NCBI GenBank assembly: GCA_010030955.1
Contig: RHBP01000001.1
Coordinates: forward strand, 1-35,596
Direction: 5' to 3'
DNA: 35,596 nucleotides
DNA from: Synechococcaceae bacterium WBB_10_009
GTDB lineage: Bacteria > Cyanobacteriota > Cyanobacteriia > PCC-6307 > Cyanobiaceae
Shown here piece after piece: positions 1 through 7,971 of the stretch. The notes beneath the pieces were generated by a model that made no database searches, was not told where the DNA came from, and saw nothing but the letters and a program-made list of their open reading frames with translations. The translations under genes were made by a program, and so were the position numbers. Numbering within the stretch: the stretch's first letter is position 1; the number at the start of each line of letters is the position of its first letter.

Positions 1-121
1 TGTCCTGCAGCATCACGCTCACGAAGGTGCAGCCCAGCTCGTCGCACACGGCCGCGTCGTAATGGCTCATGCGGTGGCAGGTGCCGCAATCTTCCGAGCT
101 GAACTTGAGCACGTGCAGCAT
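1..121 (-). CDS. Thioredoxin-like protein, N-terminal part (runs off the window edge)
   Basis: Manual translation of the minus strand gives MLHVLKFSSEDCGTCHRMSHYDAAVCDELGCTFVSVMLQD, with a CxxC motif after a hydrophobic beta strand. Confidence 0.8.
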   Translation of the reverse strand, partial: MLHVLKFSSEDCGTCHRMSHYDAAVCDELGCTFVSVMLQD

Positions 122-206
122 CAGGCGGGGGCAGCTGGGCAAACCCTAGGCAAATCCGCAGCAATCGCATCCCTCAGCTGACAGGGGCGCCAGCCGTTGC
201 TAGCTG

Positions 207-422
207 GTGAAGGTTGCCCTTCGCCGCGGTCGGCCGGTGCCCCAGCTCTACGAACTCACCGTTCACTTCCAGGACGGCGACTCCCGCCTCTGCATCCGCG
301 CCGACAACGAGCAGCACGCGGAGGCGATCGGGCAGGAGCTGTTTCCCAATTGCAGCCTGGCGGTGGCCCTGCGGCGGATGCCCGCCTCCGGCTGGATCGG
401 CCACCCCGGCCAGGCGGGGTGA
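207..422 (+). CDS. Small hypothetical protein (start may be the GTG near 237)
   Basis: Protein-like composition (LYELTVHFQDGDSRLCIRADNEQHAEAIGQELFP) and GC3-rich codons; divergent from the thioredoxin gene. Confidence 0.55.
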   Translation: MKVALRRGRPVPQLYELTVHFQDGDSRLCIRADNEQHAEAIGQELFPNCSLAVALRRMPASGWIGHPGQAG

Positions 423-445
423 ATGGTGGTGGGGTGAATGGTGGT
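416..445 (+). repeat. Perfect 15-bp tandem duplication GGGGTGAATGGTGGT x2
   Basis: Units read directly at 416-430 and 431-445. Confidence 0.9.
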
Positions 446-463
446 GGGGGATCGGATCGGGTT

Positions 464-503
464 GTGTCCGGGGTCTGACTAACCCTGGTCAGACCCCGGA
501 CAC
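464..503. repeat. Perfect 16-bp inverted repeat (REP-like palindrome or bidirectional terminator)
   Basis: GTGTCCGGGGTCTGAC (464-479), 8-nt loop, GTCAGACCCCGGACAC (488-503); lies between two convergent small ORFs. Confidence 0.85.
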
Positions 504-507
504 GCGC

Positions 508-645
508 TCAGACCCACCCCTGGGACAGCCGTGCCCCAAGCGTCAGGCCGCCTTCAGCCAGCAGGGCCAACGCCAGGGCCAGCCCAGCCAGGACGACCCC
601 CCAGGGCAGAAGCCGGGCCAGGATCACAAAGCCGGTGGGAATCAT
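508..645 (-). CDS. Small hypothetical membrane protein (45 aa)
   Basis: MIPTGFVILARLLPWGVVLAGLALALALLAEGG has one hydrophobic helix; the ORF ends at the palindrome. Confidence 0.45.
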   Translation of the reverse strand: MIPTGFVILARLLPWGVVLAGLALALALLAEGGLTLGARLSQGWV

Positions 646-774
646 GCGGCGCTCCATTGCCCACCACAGTTGAGCATCGGCGAACGGGCAGCAACGGTGT
701 CGCTGCAGACCAACAGCGGTTTGCACATGTCGATTGCAACTCGGTTGCACACGCCAGTTGCAGGCCTCAGCTCC

Positions 775-1404
775 TCAGGGCTCTGCGCCATCGGCCCGGT
801 TGAAGCGCTCCAGCAGCCGCGGCAGCAGCACCAGCAACACCACCAGCCCCAGGGCCACCAGGCCAAACTCCACCACCCCGGCGAGCATGCGCTCCATGGG
901 GATCCAGCGCCCCCAGAGCCAGGCGAGGCTCACCATGGTGCTGGCCCAAAGCAGTGCCCCCGCCAGGTTGCAGAGCAGGAAATGCCGATAGGGCATGGAC
1001 ACCGCCCCCGCCAGGGGTCCGGCTAGCACCCGCAACACCGCCACAAACCGGCCCAGAAACACCGACCAACCCGCCCGGCGCAGAAACCGCTGGCGCAGCT
1101 GCTCAAGCTGCTCGGGCCGCTGCCCCAGCCAACCGCCCACCCGCAGCATCAGGGGCCAGCCCAGGCGGCGCCCCACCCAATAACCGATGTTGTCGCCCAG
1201 CACGGCACCGCCCGCCGCCGCCGCCATCACCCCCCACAGGTTGAGCTGGCCGCTGCCGGCGGCGTAGCCCCCCAGCAGCGTGATCGTTTCGCCGGGGAGG
1301 GGCACACCGGCGTTCTCCAGCAGCATGGCCGCAAAGATCACGGCATAGCCCCAGCGGCCCAGAAGGGTCTGCAGGTCGGTGAGCGTGGCGGGGCTGAGCT
1401 CCAT
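775..1404 (-). CDS. dedA: DedA family membrane protein
   Basis: Motifs LENAGVPLPGE, GDNIGYWVGR and FLGRFVAVLR. Confidence 0.93.
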   Translation of the reverse strand: MELSPATLTDLQTLLGRWGYAVIFAAMLLENAGVPLPGETITLLGGYAAGSGQLNLWGVMAAAAGGAVLGDNIGYWVGRRLGWPLMLRVGGWLGQRPEQLEQLRQRFLRRAGWSVFLGRFVAVLRVLAGPLAGAVSMPYRHFLLCNLAGALLWASTMVSLAWLWGRWIPMERMLAGVVEFGLVALGLVVLLVLLPRLLERFNRADGAEP

Positions 1405-1473
1405 GGCCAGCAATCTGCCAAACCGGCCCAACGGATCGCGCCAGGATGCGGGGCATCCCCAGGCCTTGGTTCT

Positions 1474-1827
1474 GTGGCCGACCCCATGCCTGTGCGCCCG
1501 ATCACCCCTGGCGTGGGCGCCGCCGCCCTGCTGCTCGCCCTGGCGGCGGCGGCAACACCGGCCTGCTGGGGGGCGCTCAACAGCTTCAGCCGGCTCGACC
1601 AGGTGGGCCGCTGGGTGATCGAGCGCAAAACCACGCCCGAGGGCGGCATCACGTGCCGCGCCTCCATCCCCTCGGGGGGCACCTGGTTCAACTCCAACGT
1701 GCGCATCGGCGCCGACGGCACTGTGGTGGTGCCCGATGGCCTGCGCTACAGCCCCGATGCCGCCGAGCTAGCCCAGGTGCAAGACGCCCTGCGCCGCTGC
1801 CGCGCCGACATGATTTATGTGCCCTGA
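1474..1827 (+). CDS. Hypothetical exported protein
   Basis: Signal-peptide-like N-terminus followed by a globular domain with two Cys; typical codon bias. Confidence 0.7.
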   Translation: MADPMPVRPITPGVGAAALLLALAAAATPACWGALNSFSRLDQVGRWVIERKTTPEGGITCRASIPSGGTWFNSNVRIGADGTVVVPDGLRYSPDAAELAQVQDALRRCRADMIYVP

Positions 1828-1848
1828 TCAGCCCTGGGCCCTGCCTGT

Positions 1849-1977
1849 TCAGCCAAAGGCGTTCTTGAGCACAGCCGCCAGGTTCATCTGACCATGCAGA
1901 TACAGGCCCAGCGCCAGGGGCACCACCGCCGCCACCAGCAACGCAAACAGGATCGACAGCGGCACGTGGTTGTTCAT
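1849..1977 (-). CDS. Small hypothetical membrane protein (42 aa)
   Basis: MNNHVPLSILFALLVAAVVPLALGLYLHGQMNLAAVLKNAFG; one transmembrane helix. Confidence 0.6.
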   Translation of the reverse strand: MNNHVPLSILFALLVAAVVPLALGLYLHGQMNLAAVLKNAFG

Positions 1978-2090
1978 CACCCCATCATCGGCCGCCCCAG
2001 GGCGGTGACCCGTACCGAGCCCAGTAGCCAAGGCCACACCAAACCGGCTTCACGAGCCGTTACAGTTCCTTCAACGTTTCGTTACGTTCC

Positions 2091-2234
2091 ATGGCTGACT
2101 CCTCTTCCCGCTTCGGTTTCGTGGCTTTCGCTGAAACCTGGAATGGCCGCCTGGCCATGCTCGGCTTCGTGATCGGCCTCTCCACCGAGCTGCTCACCGG
2201 TCAGGGCATCCTGTCCCAAATCGGCCTCGGCTGA
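2091..2234 (+). CDS. hli: High-light-inducible protein (HLIP, one-helix CAB-like), 47 aa; absent from the supplied ORF track
   Basis: Manual translation MADSSSRFGFVAFAETWNGRLAMLGFVIGLSTELLTGQGILSQIGLG contains ExxNGRLAMLG and TGQ. Confidence 0.95.
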   Translation: MADSSSRFGFVAFAETWNGRLAMLGFVIGLSTELLTGQGILSQIGLG

Positions 2235-2467
2235 TGCAAAACAACGCCACCGGCTCCTGGTTCGCCAGCCGTGCCGCCGAGCAAATCCACCGCGAACAAC
2301 TCGAGCGGGTGGAGCGCTTCAACGGCCGTGCTGCGATGCTCGGCCTGCTGATCGGCGTGATCACCGAAGGGCTTACCGGCTACGGCATCGCCCACCAAAT
2401 CGGCCTCGGCCCATTGGTGGATGGCTACGCCGCCTGCCACACGCAGTTCCTGCCCTTCTGCTTCTGA
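2234..2467 (+). CDS. hli: High-light-inducible protein (HLIP), 77 aa
   Basis: ERFNGRAAMLG...EGLTG motif; TGATG overlap with the upstream hli. Confidence 0.92.
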   Translation: MQNNATGSWFASRAAEQIHREQLERVERFNGRAAMLGLLIGVITEGLTGYGIAHQIGLGPLVDGYAACHTQFLPFCF

Positions 2468-2505
2468 GTCTGGCTGTCGGGCTCAACCCCGCCAACCAAA
2501 CCCTC

Positions 2506-2530
2506 GCCCCGGCTCACGCCGGGGCTTTTT
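2506..2530 (+). terminator. Rho-independent terminator of the hli pair
   Basis: GCCCCGGC-TCAC-GCCGGGGC followed by TTTTT. Confidence 0.9.
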
Positions 2531-2735
2531 GATGGCTTGCCCTAGTTCTTGGCGGCTTGAACCCGCTCCGGCAGCTCCACCTGGGTGTTGGCGATGGCTT
2601 GCACAGGAGTTCATCGCCCCGGCATGGGGCGGCGCCCGATCGCGTGTAACAGTCGCCCCGGGATGCAGGGGGAGCAGCTGACAGGCGCCCCGATTCCAGG
2701 GAAGACTGCGGATAACGCATCAACGCAGCGCCGGC

Positions 2736-3539
2736 ATGGATCCCAGCATTCAGAGCGACGCCCCAACCCTTGGCCCCGAGGCCGCCGCACCCGGCGAGCG
2801 GGTGAAGATCCTGGTGGCGGACGACGAGGCCAACATTCGCCGGGTGCTGGAAACCCGCCTGGCCATGCAGGGCCACGCGGTGCAGGTGGCGGAGAACGGC
2901 GCCGAGGCCCTGGAGTTGTTCCGCGGCTTTGAGCCCGATGTGGTGGTGCTCGACGTGATGATGCCGGAGCTGGATGGATTCGCGGTGGTGGAGCGGATCC
3001 GGGCCCAGTCGGAGGTGCCGATCATCCTGCTCACCGCCCTGGGGGATGTGGCCGACCGCATCACCGGCCTGCAGCTGGGTGCCGACGACTACATGGTGAA
3101 ACCCTTCAGCCCCAAGGAGCTGGAGGCCCGCATCCGCTGCGTGCTGCGCCGCTCCGGTGGCGGCACGGCCAACGGCAACGGCGGCACGGTGGGCCGCAAC
3201 AACCACGTGGTGGTGGTGGGCGACCTCAGCGTGGATTTCAACCGCCGCCAGGCCCACCGGGGCGAGGAGCGCATCCGCCTCACCGGCATGGAATTCAACC
3301 TGCTGGAGCTGCTGATCAGCCGCAGCGGCGAACCGATCAGCCGGCTCGACATGCTGGAGAAGGTGTGGGGCTACAAGCCCGAGCGCTCCTCCGACAGCCG
3401 TGTGGTGGATGTGCACATCTCACGGCTGCGGGCCAAGCTCGAAGAGGACCCGGACAACCCCGAGCTCATCCTCACCGCCCGGGGCATGGGCTACATGTTC
3501 CAGCGGATTCACCAACCCGCCGAAGCGGCGGGGGTTTGA
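2736..3539 (+). CDS. OmpR-family response regulator, RpaB/Ycf27 paralogue (SrrA-like)
   Basis: Receiver domain (ILVADDE, LDVMMP, KPF) plus a winged helix VVDVHISRLRAKLEEDPDNPELILTARGMGYMF close to RpaB; the receiver is more divergent than canonical RpaB. Confidence 0.88.
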   Translation: MDPSIQSDAPTLGPEAAAPGERVKILVADDEANIRRVLETRLAMQGHAVQVAENGAEALELFRGFEPDVVVLDVMMPELDGFAVVERIRAQSEVPIILLTALGDVADRITGLQLGADDYMVKPFSPKELEARIRCVLRRSGGGTANGNGGTVGRNNHVVVVGDLSVDFNRRQAHRGEERIRLTGMEFNLLELLISRSGEPISRLDMLEKVWGYKPERSSDSRVVDVHISRLRAKLEEDPDNPELILTARGMGYMFQRIHQPAEAAGV

Positions 3540-3558
3540 GCCCAGGCTTCAACCGGGC

Positions 3559-4563
3559 TCAGAACCACTCCAGCTCGGCCTGCTCGCGGGTGTTGACGCG
3601 GGCTTGGGGGGTGCTGCGCTCGAACTCCATGCGGATCGAGCGTTCCTGCTCGCCATCGGCGGCCACGGCACGGATGGGATAGAGCTGCTGGCCGTCGCGG
3701 AAGGGCACGTGCACCCGGAAGGTGCCATCGGCATCGAGGGGGACCTGCTCATCGCCGATGAACAGGCTGGCACTGGGCTCCGTGGCGCCGTACACAATCA
3801 ACTCGGCATCGGCCACCAGCCAGAACGAACGCGGCCGCACGATGCCGCTGCCGGATTCGCTGCGGCCGCTGGCCCACACCCCCACACCGGAATCGCTGAA
3901 CAACCCAGCGCCGGCCTCCGCGTCGAATTCGTGCAGCAGCTCTGAACCCACGCGGCGGCTGCGGGCCGGCCGGGCCGTGGCGATCTGATACAGCTGCTCG
4001 TGCTGCACACCGCCACCCCCGATGGCTTCGCTGGCCGGACCCATGGGGCCATCCAGCGTGAAGGGCACGAAGGCATCGGCCACCCGCAGGCTGGGCTCCA
4101 GGGCGGGCACGTGGGCCACCGAGGAGAAGGCCAGCGAGAACCAGCCGCCGTTGCGCAGGCGGTAGCCCAGCTCCACCCGGTAATCGCGCCCGTCCACGGG
4201 GATCGGCAGGAACCATTCCGTGGACCCACCGTCCACCACCAGCTCCTGCAGGGCGTGGGGGTGGGATTGGTCAAAGCCCAGGCCGGTCACATCCGCCACC
4301 CGCAGGCAGAGGCTGGTGGCACCCGCCTTGCGGGCGGCCTGCTGATCGGCTTCGGTGATGCTCCAGAAGCAGTAGGCCCACTGGGGATCCCGGGGCAGAA
4401 ACACCACGTGGGTGCTGGCGGAATCGGAAGCGGGGGTGCTGGCGGCGGCTGAATGGTCCGTGCGGCTGGCGCCCTGGGCAGGGGAAGCGCCCTTGATGGC
4501 AGAGCGCAGGGCACCGGGCACCAGTTGCTTGAGCCAATTGAGGGGCTGCTTGCTCTGCGACAT
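3559..4563 (-). CDS. DUF4912 domain protein
   Basis: VVFLPRDPQWAYCFW, YRVELGY and FWLVADAELIVYGATEP are typical of the cyanobacterial family. Confidence 0.88.
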   Translation of the reverse strand: MSQSKQPLNWLKQLVPGALRSAIKGASPAQGASRTDHSAAASTPASDSASTHVVFLPRDPQWAYCFWSITEADQQAARKAGATSLCLRVADVTGLGFDQSHPHALQELVVDGGSTEWFLPIPVDGRDYRVELGYRLRNGGWFSLAFSSVAHVPALEPSLRVADAFVPFTLDGPMGPASEAIGGGGVQHEQLYQIATARPARSRRVGSELLHEFDAEAGAGLFSDSGVGVWASGRSESGSGIVRPRSFWLVADAELIVYGATEPSASLFIGDEQVPLDADGTFRVHVPFRDGQQLYPIRAVAADGEQERSIRMEFERSTPQARVNTREQAELEWF

Positions 4564-4684
4564 GCCGGCGATCCCCGCATACGTTGGTGGGTGGCGAAAT
4601 CTTCACAGAGATTCCCGCTGCTCCCGGGGCTGTGTCAGGGGATGCCTACGCCCCTAACCTCCAGGCAGCCTCCTCCCTGGCCCC

Positions 4685-5767
4685 ATGCGGCTGATGCGCC
4701 CACGGCTCCTGGCCTTGATTGGCTTGTTTCTGGCGGTCAGCATGGGGCTGGGGTTGCTGAAACCACCGGCCGATCCGGGCCCCATCCTGCGGCCGGCGCA
4801 AGCGGCGCCGGCGGAGCGCACGATGGAGCTGGGGCTGCATGTGAAAAACATCTACAACCTCTCCCTGCAGGACAAAACTTTTGCCGCAGAAGGCTGGTTT
4901 TGGTTGACATGGCCACCCAGCATCCAAAGCCTGATGGAGCGCAACAACATCCCGCTCACCGAATTGGTGGAGCTGGTGAATCAAGTGGAGGGTTGGGATC
5001 AACGGCTGGAGATGGACACCCAACAACCGGTTCGCCAGGCCGATGGCCGTTACCTGCAGCTTTACCGCTTCTCGGCCAAGTTCTTCGACGACCAGCAGTC
5101 GCTGCAAACCTTCCCCTACGAGCAGCTGGAACTGCCGATCACGATTGAGACCAGGCCACCCCAATTTTCGATGGCCGATGGGGCCGTGGTCCTCGATCCC
5201 AAGCAACCGACTTCCGAAATCCTTGGGGAATCGGTGGATCTCAATGGCTACAACCTAAATGGCGTCAAGGTGAGCGAGTCTGTTCACATCTACAACAGCC
5301 GCTTCGGCAATGCCAACCATACGCAGGCAGGCGAATACAGCCAGGTGAGCTATAATGTAATTTATCGCACCAACATCTGGTCAGCATTTTATCGTTTTGT
5401 CCTCCCCTGGCTGGCGGTGATGGTCATCCTGCTGTTGGCACCAAATCTGGAGGGCAATCTCAATGAATTGCGCCTGGCAATTCCCTCCACGGCCCTGCTC
5501 ACCTTGGTGTTTCTGCAGCAGGGGGCCCATGGCAACCTGCCACCCCTGGATTACCTCACATACCTCGACAAGCTGTATTTGTTTGGATATGTGGCCGCCA
5601 CCGTGGAGTTCTGGCTGTTCGTGTGGGGATCCAATCTGATCAGCCGCTGCGAGATGGAACAACAGGGGCCAGCCATGGCACGGATCAATGGTGTCGACAA
5701 CGTGTATCAGCTGGCGGTGATCAGCGGCGCCACCTGCTTGATGGTGCTGGGTCTGCTGCGGGCTTGA
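4685..5767 (+). CDS. Prokaryotic pentameric ligand-gated ion channel (GLIC/ELIC-like, Pro-loop) subunit
   Basis: N-terminal signal or anchor, beta-rich extracellular domain, FPYEQ Pro-loop, four C-terminal TM helices, M2 RLAIPSTALLT and M2-M3 LPPLDYLTYLD. Confidence 0.82.
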   Translation: MRLMRPRLLALIGLFLAVSMGLGLLKPPADPGPILRPAQAAPAERTMELGLHVKNIYNLSLQDKTFAAEGWFWLTWPPSIQSLMERNNIPLTELVELVNQVEGWDQRLEMDTQQPVRQADGRYLQLYRFSAKFFDDQQSLQTFPYEQLELPITIETRPPQFSMADGAVVLDPKQPTSEILGESVDLNGYNLNGVKVSESVHIYNSRFGNANHTQAGEYSQVSYNVIYRTNIWSAFYRFVLPWLAVMVILLLAPNLEGNLNELRLAIPSTALLTLVFLQQGAHGNLPPLDYLTYLDKLYLFGYVAATVEFWLFVWGSNLISRCEMEQQGPAMARINGVDNVYQLAVISGATCLMVLGLLRA

Positions 5768-5864
5768 GCCGCAACGGCGCGCCCAACCAGCCGAGCAACT
5801 GGTTTTTTGCTTCCTGGTGAAAAAGAAATCCGCCTAGGTGTCGTCGAGCTTTTGCCGGCGCCCG

Positions 5865-6374
5865 ATGCCCCTGCTTTCGCTGCTGGCTGCGTTGCCCGTG
5901 CCGGAGCCGCCTGCGGAGCCCTTGGCCGCCGTGTCCAGCGGGTCCGTGTTGGTGTTGGAACGCACATCAAAGCGGCTGCCCCGCACCGGCGACCCGATCT
6001 GGGACCTGCGCCTGCAGATCCCCGGGCAACCCGAGCGCCATTTCGCCGCGGTGAGCGGCCGCGCCGATCGGCAAACCGCCAACCGCCACCGGATGGGCAG
6101 TGAAGCCCCCCTGCCCGCCGGCAGCTACTGGATCGGCGCCGCGGAGCCCCTGGGCCGGCATGGCCCCCAGGAGCTGGGGCCGATCTGGATCGGCATCGAA
6201 CCGCAATTTGAAACGGGCCGGCGGGTGCTGGGCATCCACCTCGACCCCAGCGCCGGGCGCAACTGGAACAGCGGCACCAGCGGCTGCGTGGGGCTGATTC
6301 ACGAACGCGACATGCGCACCCTGGCGGAGCTGCTGCGCCGCAACGGCACCAGCACCCTGGTGGTGGCCAACTGA
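5865..6374 (+). CDS. L,D-transpeptidase (YkuD) family protein
   Basis: PLPAGSY plus the GIH...GTSGCVGL His/Cys catalytic motif. Confidence 0.8.
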   Translation: MPLLSLLAALPVPEPPAEPLAAVSSGSVLVLERTSKRLPRTGDPIWDLRLQIPGQPERHFAAVSGRADRQTANRHRMGSEAPLPAGSYWIGAAEPLGRHGPQELGPIWIGIEPQFETGRRVLGIHLDPSAGRNWNSGTSGCVGLIHERDMRTLAELLRRNGTSTLVVAN

Positions 6375-6399
6375 TCGCAAGCGTTGCTAGAGCGGAAAG

Positions 6400-6518
6400 A
6401 CCGCCGAGGTGAACTGCGGCCATCAGCTGGTTCACTGATCCAAGCCGGCGGCAATGGGCACCTGCATGGGTCGCACCATTCCTCACACCACCTGCCCCGG
6501 CGCGAGCTGGGGCTTTTT
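6400..6518 (+). ncRNA. Candidate structured sRNA with a Yfr1-like motif and its own terminator
   Basis: TAGAGC at 6388-6393 as a possible -10; helices CCGCCG/CGGCGG and GTGAAC/GTTCAC; second stem AATGG/CCATT; ATTCCTCACAC at 6478-6488; terminator at 6494-6518; no convincing ORF here. Confidence 0.65.
6494..6518 (+). terminator. Rho-independent terminator
   Basis: GCCCCGGC-GCGA-GCTGGGGC-TTTTT, with a GNRA loop. Confidence 0.9.
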
Positions 6519-6625
6519 GGTGCCCGACAAACGGTCGCTTGAGCTGAGATTGAAACCAGCCAGCTCTCAACCTTGGCGGCGCTGTCAGACTGATGGTCAA
6601 TGGTTGCTCCATGAGGCCGGGTGAG

Positions 6626-6865
6626 ATGGCCAACCTCACGCTCCATGACATTCCAGACGACGTGCTGAGCCGTCTTGAACAACGCGCCCACGCCCATGGG
6701 CGCACCCTGAATAGCGAAGTGGTGGATTGCCTGAAACGCCAGGCCGCGACCAGCAGCGAAACGGAAACCTGGCTGCAAGAGGTGGAAGCGTTGCGGGGCC
6801 AACTCCAAGGTGGCCCGATCCCCGTGGACGATCTGGTGGCCGCTACTGAGCGAGACAGCCATTGA
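6626..6865 (+). CDS. Arc/FitA-like ribbon-helix-helix antitoxin
   Basis: MANLTLHDIPDDVLSRLEQRAHAHGRTLNSEV fits the RHH pattern; overlaps the start of the PIN gene. Confidence 0.88.
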   Translation: MANLTLHDIPDDVLSRLEQRAHAHGRTLNSEVVDCLKRQAATSSETETWLQEVEALRGQLQGGPIPVDDLVAATERDSH

Positions 6866-7257
6866 CGGTTGTTGTGGACACCAACGTGGTCGCAGCGCTG
6901 ATGCTGCCGACAGCGTCAAGCCTGACTGTGGCTGCACAGTTTCGGCGTGATCCTGAATGGCGTGTGCCGCCGCTCTGGCGTTCTGAATTCCGCCATGTGC
7001 TGCTGAAACATGTGCGCGCAGACCTGTTGCAAGCGAACCAAGCGATCGCGCTCTGGCAAAAAGCCGTTGAACGCCTGGAGCACTGCGAGCACAGCGTCGA
7101 TGGGCAAGAGGTGCTCGCCATCGCCATTCGCTGGGGCTGCTCCAGCTACGACGCCGAATTTGTGGCCTTAGCCCAAGAGCTTGATTGCCCACTGCTGACG
7201 TTTGACCGAAAGCTGTTGGAGCTGTTCCCAGCCTTGGCCGTGAAACCAGAGATCTAG
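6862..7257 (+). CDS. vapC: PIN-domain toxin (VapC/FitB family)
   Basis: VVVDTNV, SEF, SYDAEFVALA and LLTFDRKL carry the acidic PIN residues. Confidence 0.92.
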   Translation: MTVVVDTNVVAALMLPTASSLTVAAQFRRDPEWRVPPLWRSEFRHVLLKHVRADLLQANQAIALWQKAVERLEHCEHSVDGQEVLAIAIRWGCSSYDAEFVALAQELDCPLLTFDRKLLELFPALAVKPEI

Positions 7258-7323
7258 CTGCTTTGTTGCGCTGCTGAGGGCGGCGCACATCCGGCACAAT
7301 CAAAGGCCGCTGTTTCGGCACCG

Positions 7324-7971
7324 ATGCCCACCGGCCCCGACACCCTGCTGCAGGCCCTGCGCTGGCGCTATGCCACCAAGGCCTTTGATGCCAGCCGCCG
7401 CATCGACGCCCCCACCTGGGAGGCCCTGGAGCAGGCCCTGGTGCTCACCGCCTCCTCCTACGGCCTGCAGCCCTGGAAGTTTCTGGTGATCACCGATCCA
7501 GCCATCCGCGCCGAGCTGCGGCCCCATTCCTGGAACCAAAGCCAGATCACCGATTGCTCCCACCTGGTGGTGCTGCTCAAGAAGCGGCTGATCACCGCCG
7601 CCGACGCCGACCGCCTGATCGCCGCCACCGCCGGCGAGCGGGGGCTCGACCCCAGCCTGCTGGAGGGGTACCGCAAGATGATCCAGGTGGACCTGATCGA
7701 CGGCCCCCGCAGCCAGGTGATCGGTGCCTGGGCCGCCAACCAGGTGTACATCGCCCTGGGCAACCTGCTCACCAGTGCCGCCCTGCTGGGGGTCGACACC
7801 TGCGCCATCGAGGGCTTCAGCCCACCGGACTACGACCGCATCCTGCAGCTGGAGGGCGGCGACTACCAAAGCTGTGTGGTGTGCGCCTGCGGCTACCGCA
7901 GCGCCGACGACAAGTACGCCTCCCTGGCCAAGGTGCGCTACGCCGCCACCGACCTGGTGGAGCACCGCTGA
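7324..7971 (+). CDS. Nitroreductase family (NfsB-like) NAD(P)H oxidoreductase
   Basis: WRYATKAFD, ASSYGLQPWKF and DTCAIEGF. Confidence 0.92.
   Translation: MPTGPDTLLQALRWRYATKAFDASRRIDAPTWEALEQALVLTASSYGLQPWKFLVITDPAIRAELRPHSWNQSQITDCSHLVVLLKKRLITAADADRLIAATAGERGLDPSLLEGYRKMIQVDLIDGPRSQVIGAWAANQVYIALGNLLTSAALLGVDTCAIEGFSPPDYDRILQLEGGDYQSCVVCACGYRSADDKYASLAKVRYAATDLVEHR

Noticed and set aside
214-1026. Long alternative-frame and antisense ORFs, e.g. 214-1026, 2514-3416, 7724-9163, 14961-16136, 21284-22420 and 24180-25550
   Set aside because: Shadow ORFs expected at high GC; they are Arg/Pro/Ala/Gly-rich, lack motifs and overlap well-supported genes.
2542-2604. Minus-strand 20-codon ORF VQAIANTQVELPERVQAAKN with coding-like codons
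   Set aside because: Too short, with no ribosome-binding site or recognisable motif; it may be a gene remnant but cannot be supported.
2736-3539. Calling the response regulator canonical rpaB
   Set aside because: The receiver domain diverges from the highly conserved RpaB sequence, so a paralogue is more likely; no symbol assigned without a phylogeny.
6400-6518. Canonical 6S RNA (ssrS) or canonical Yfr1
   Set aside because: Too short for 6S and lacking the 3' arm and purK context; longer than Yfr1 and outside guaB-trxA. Kept only as a candidate sRNA.
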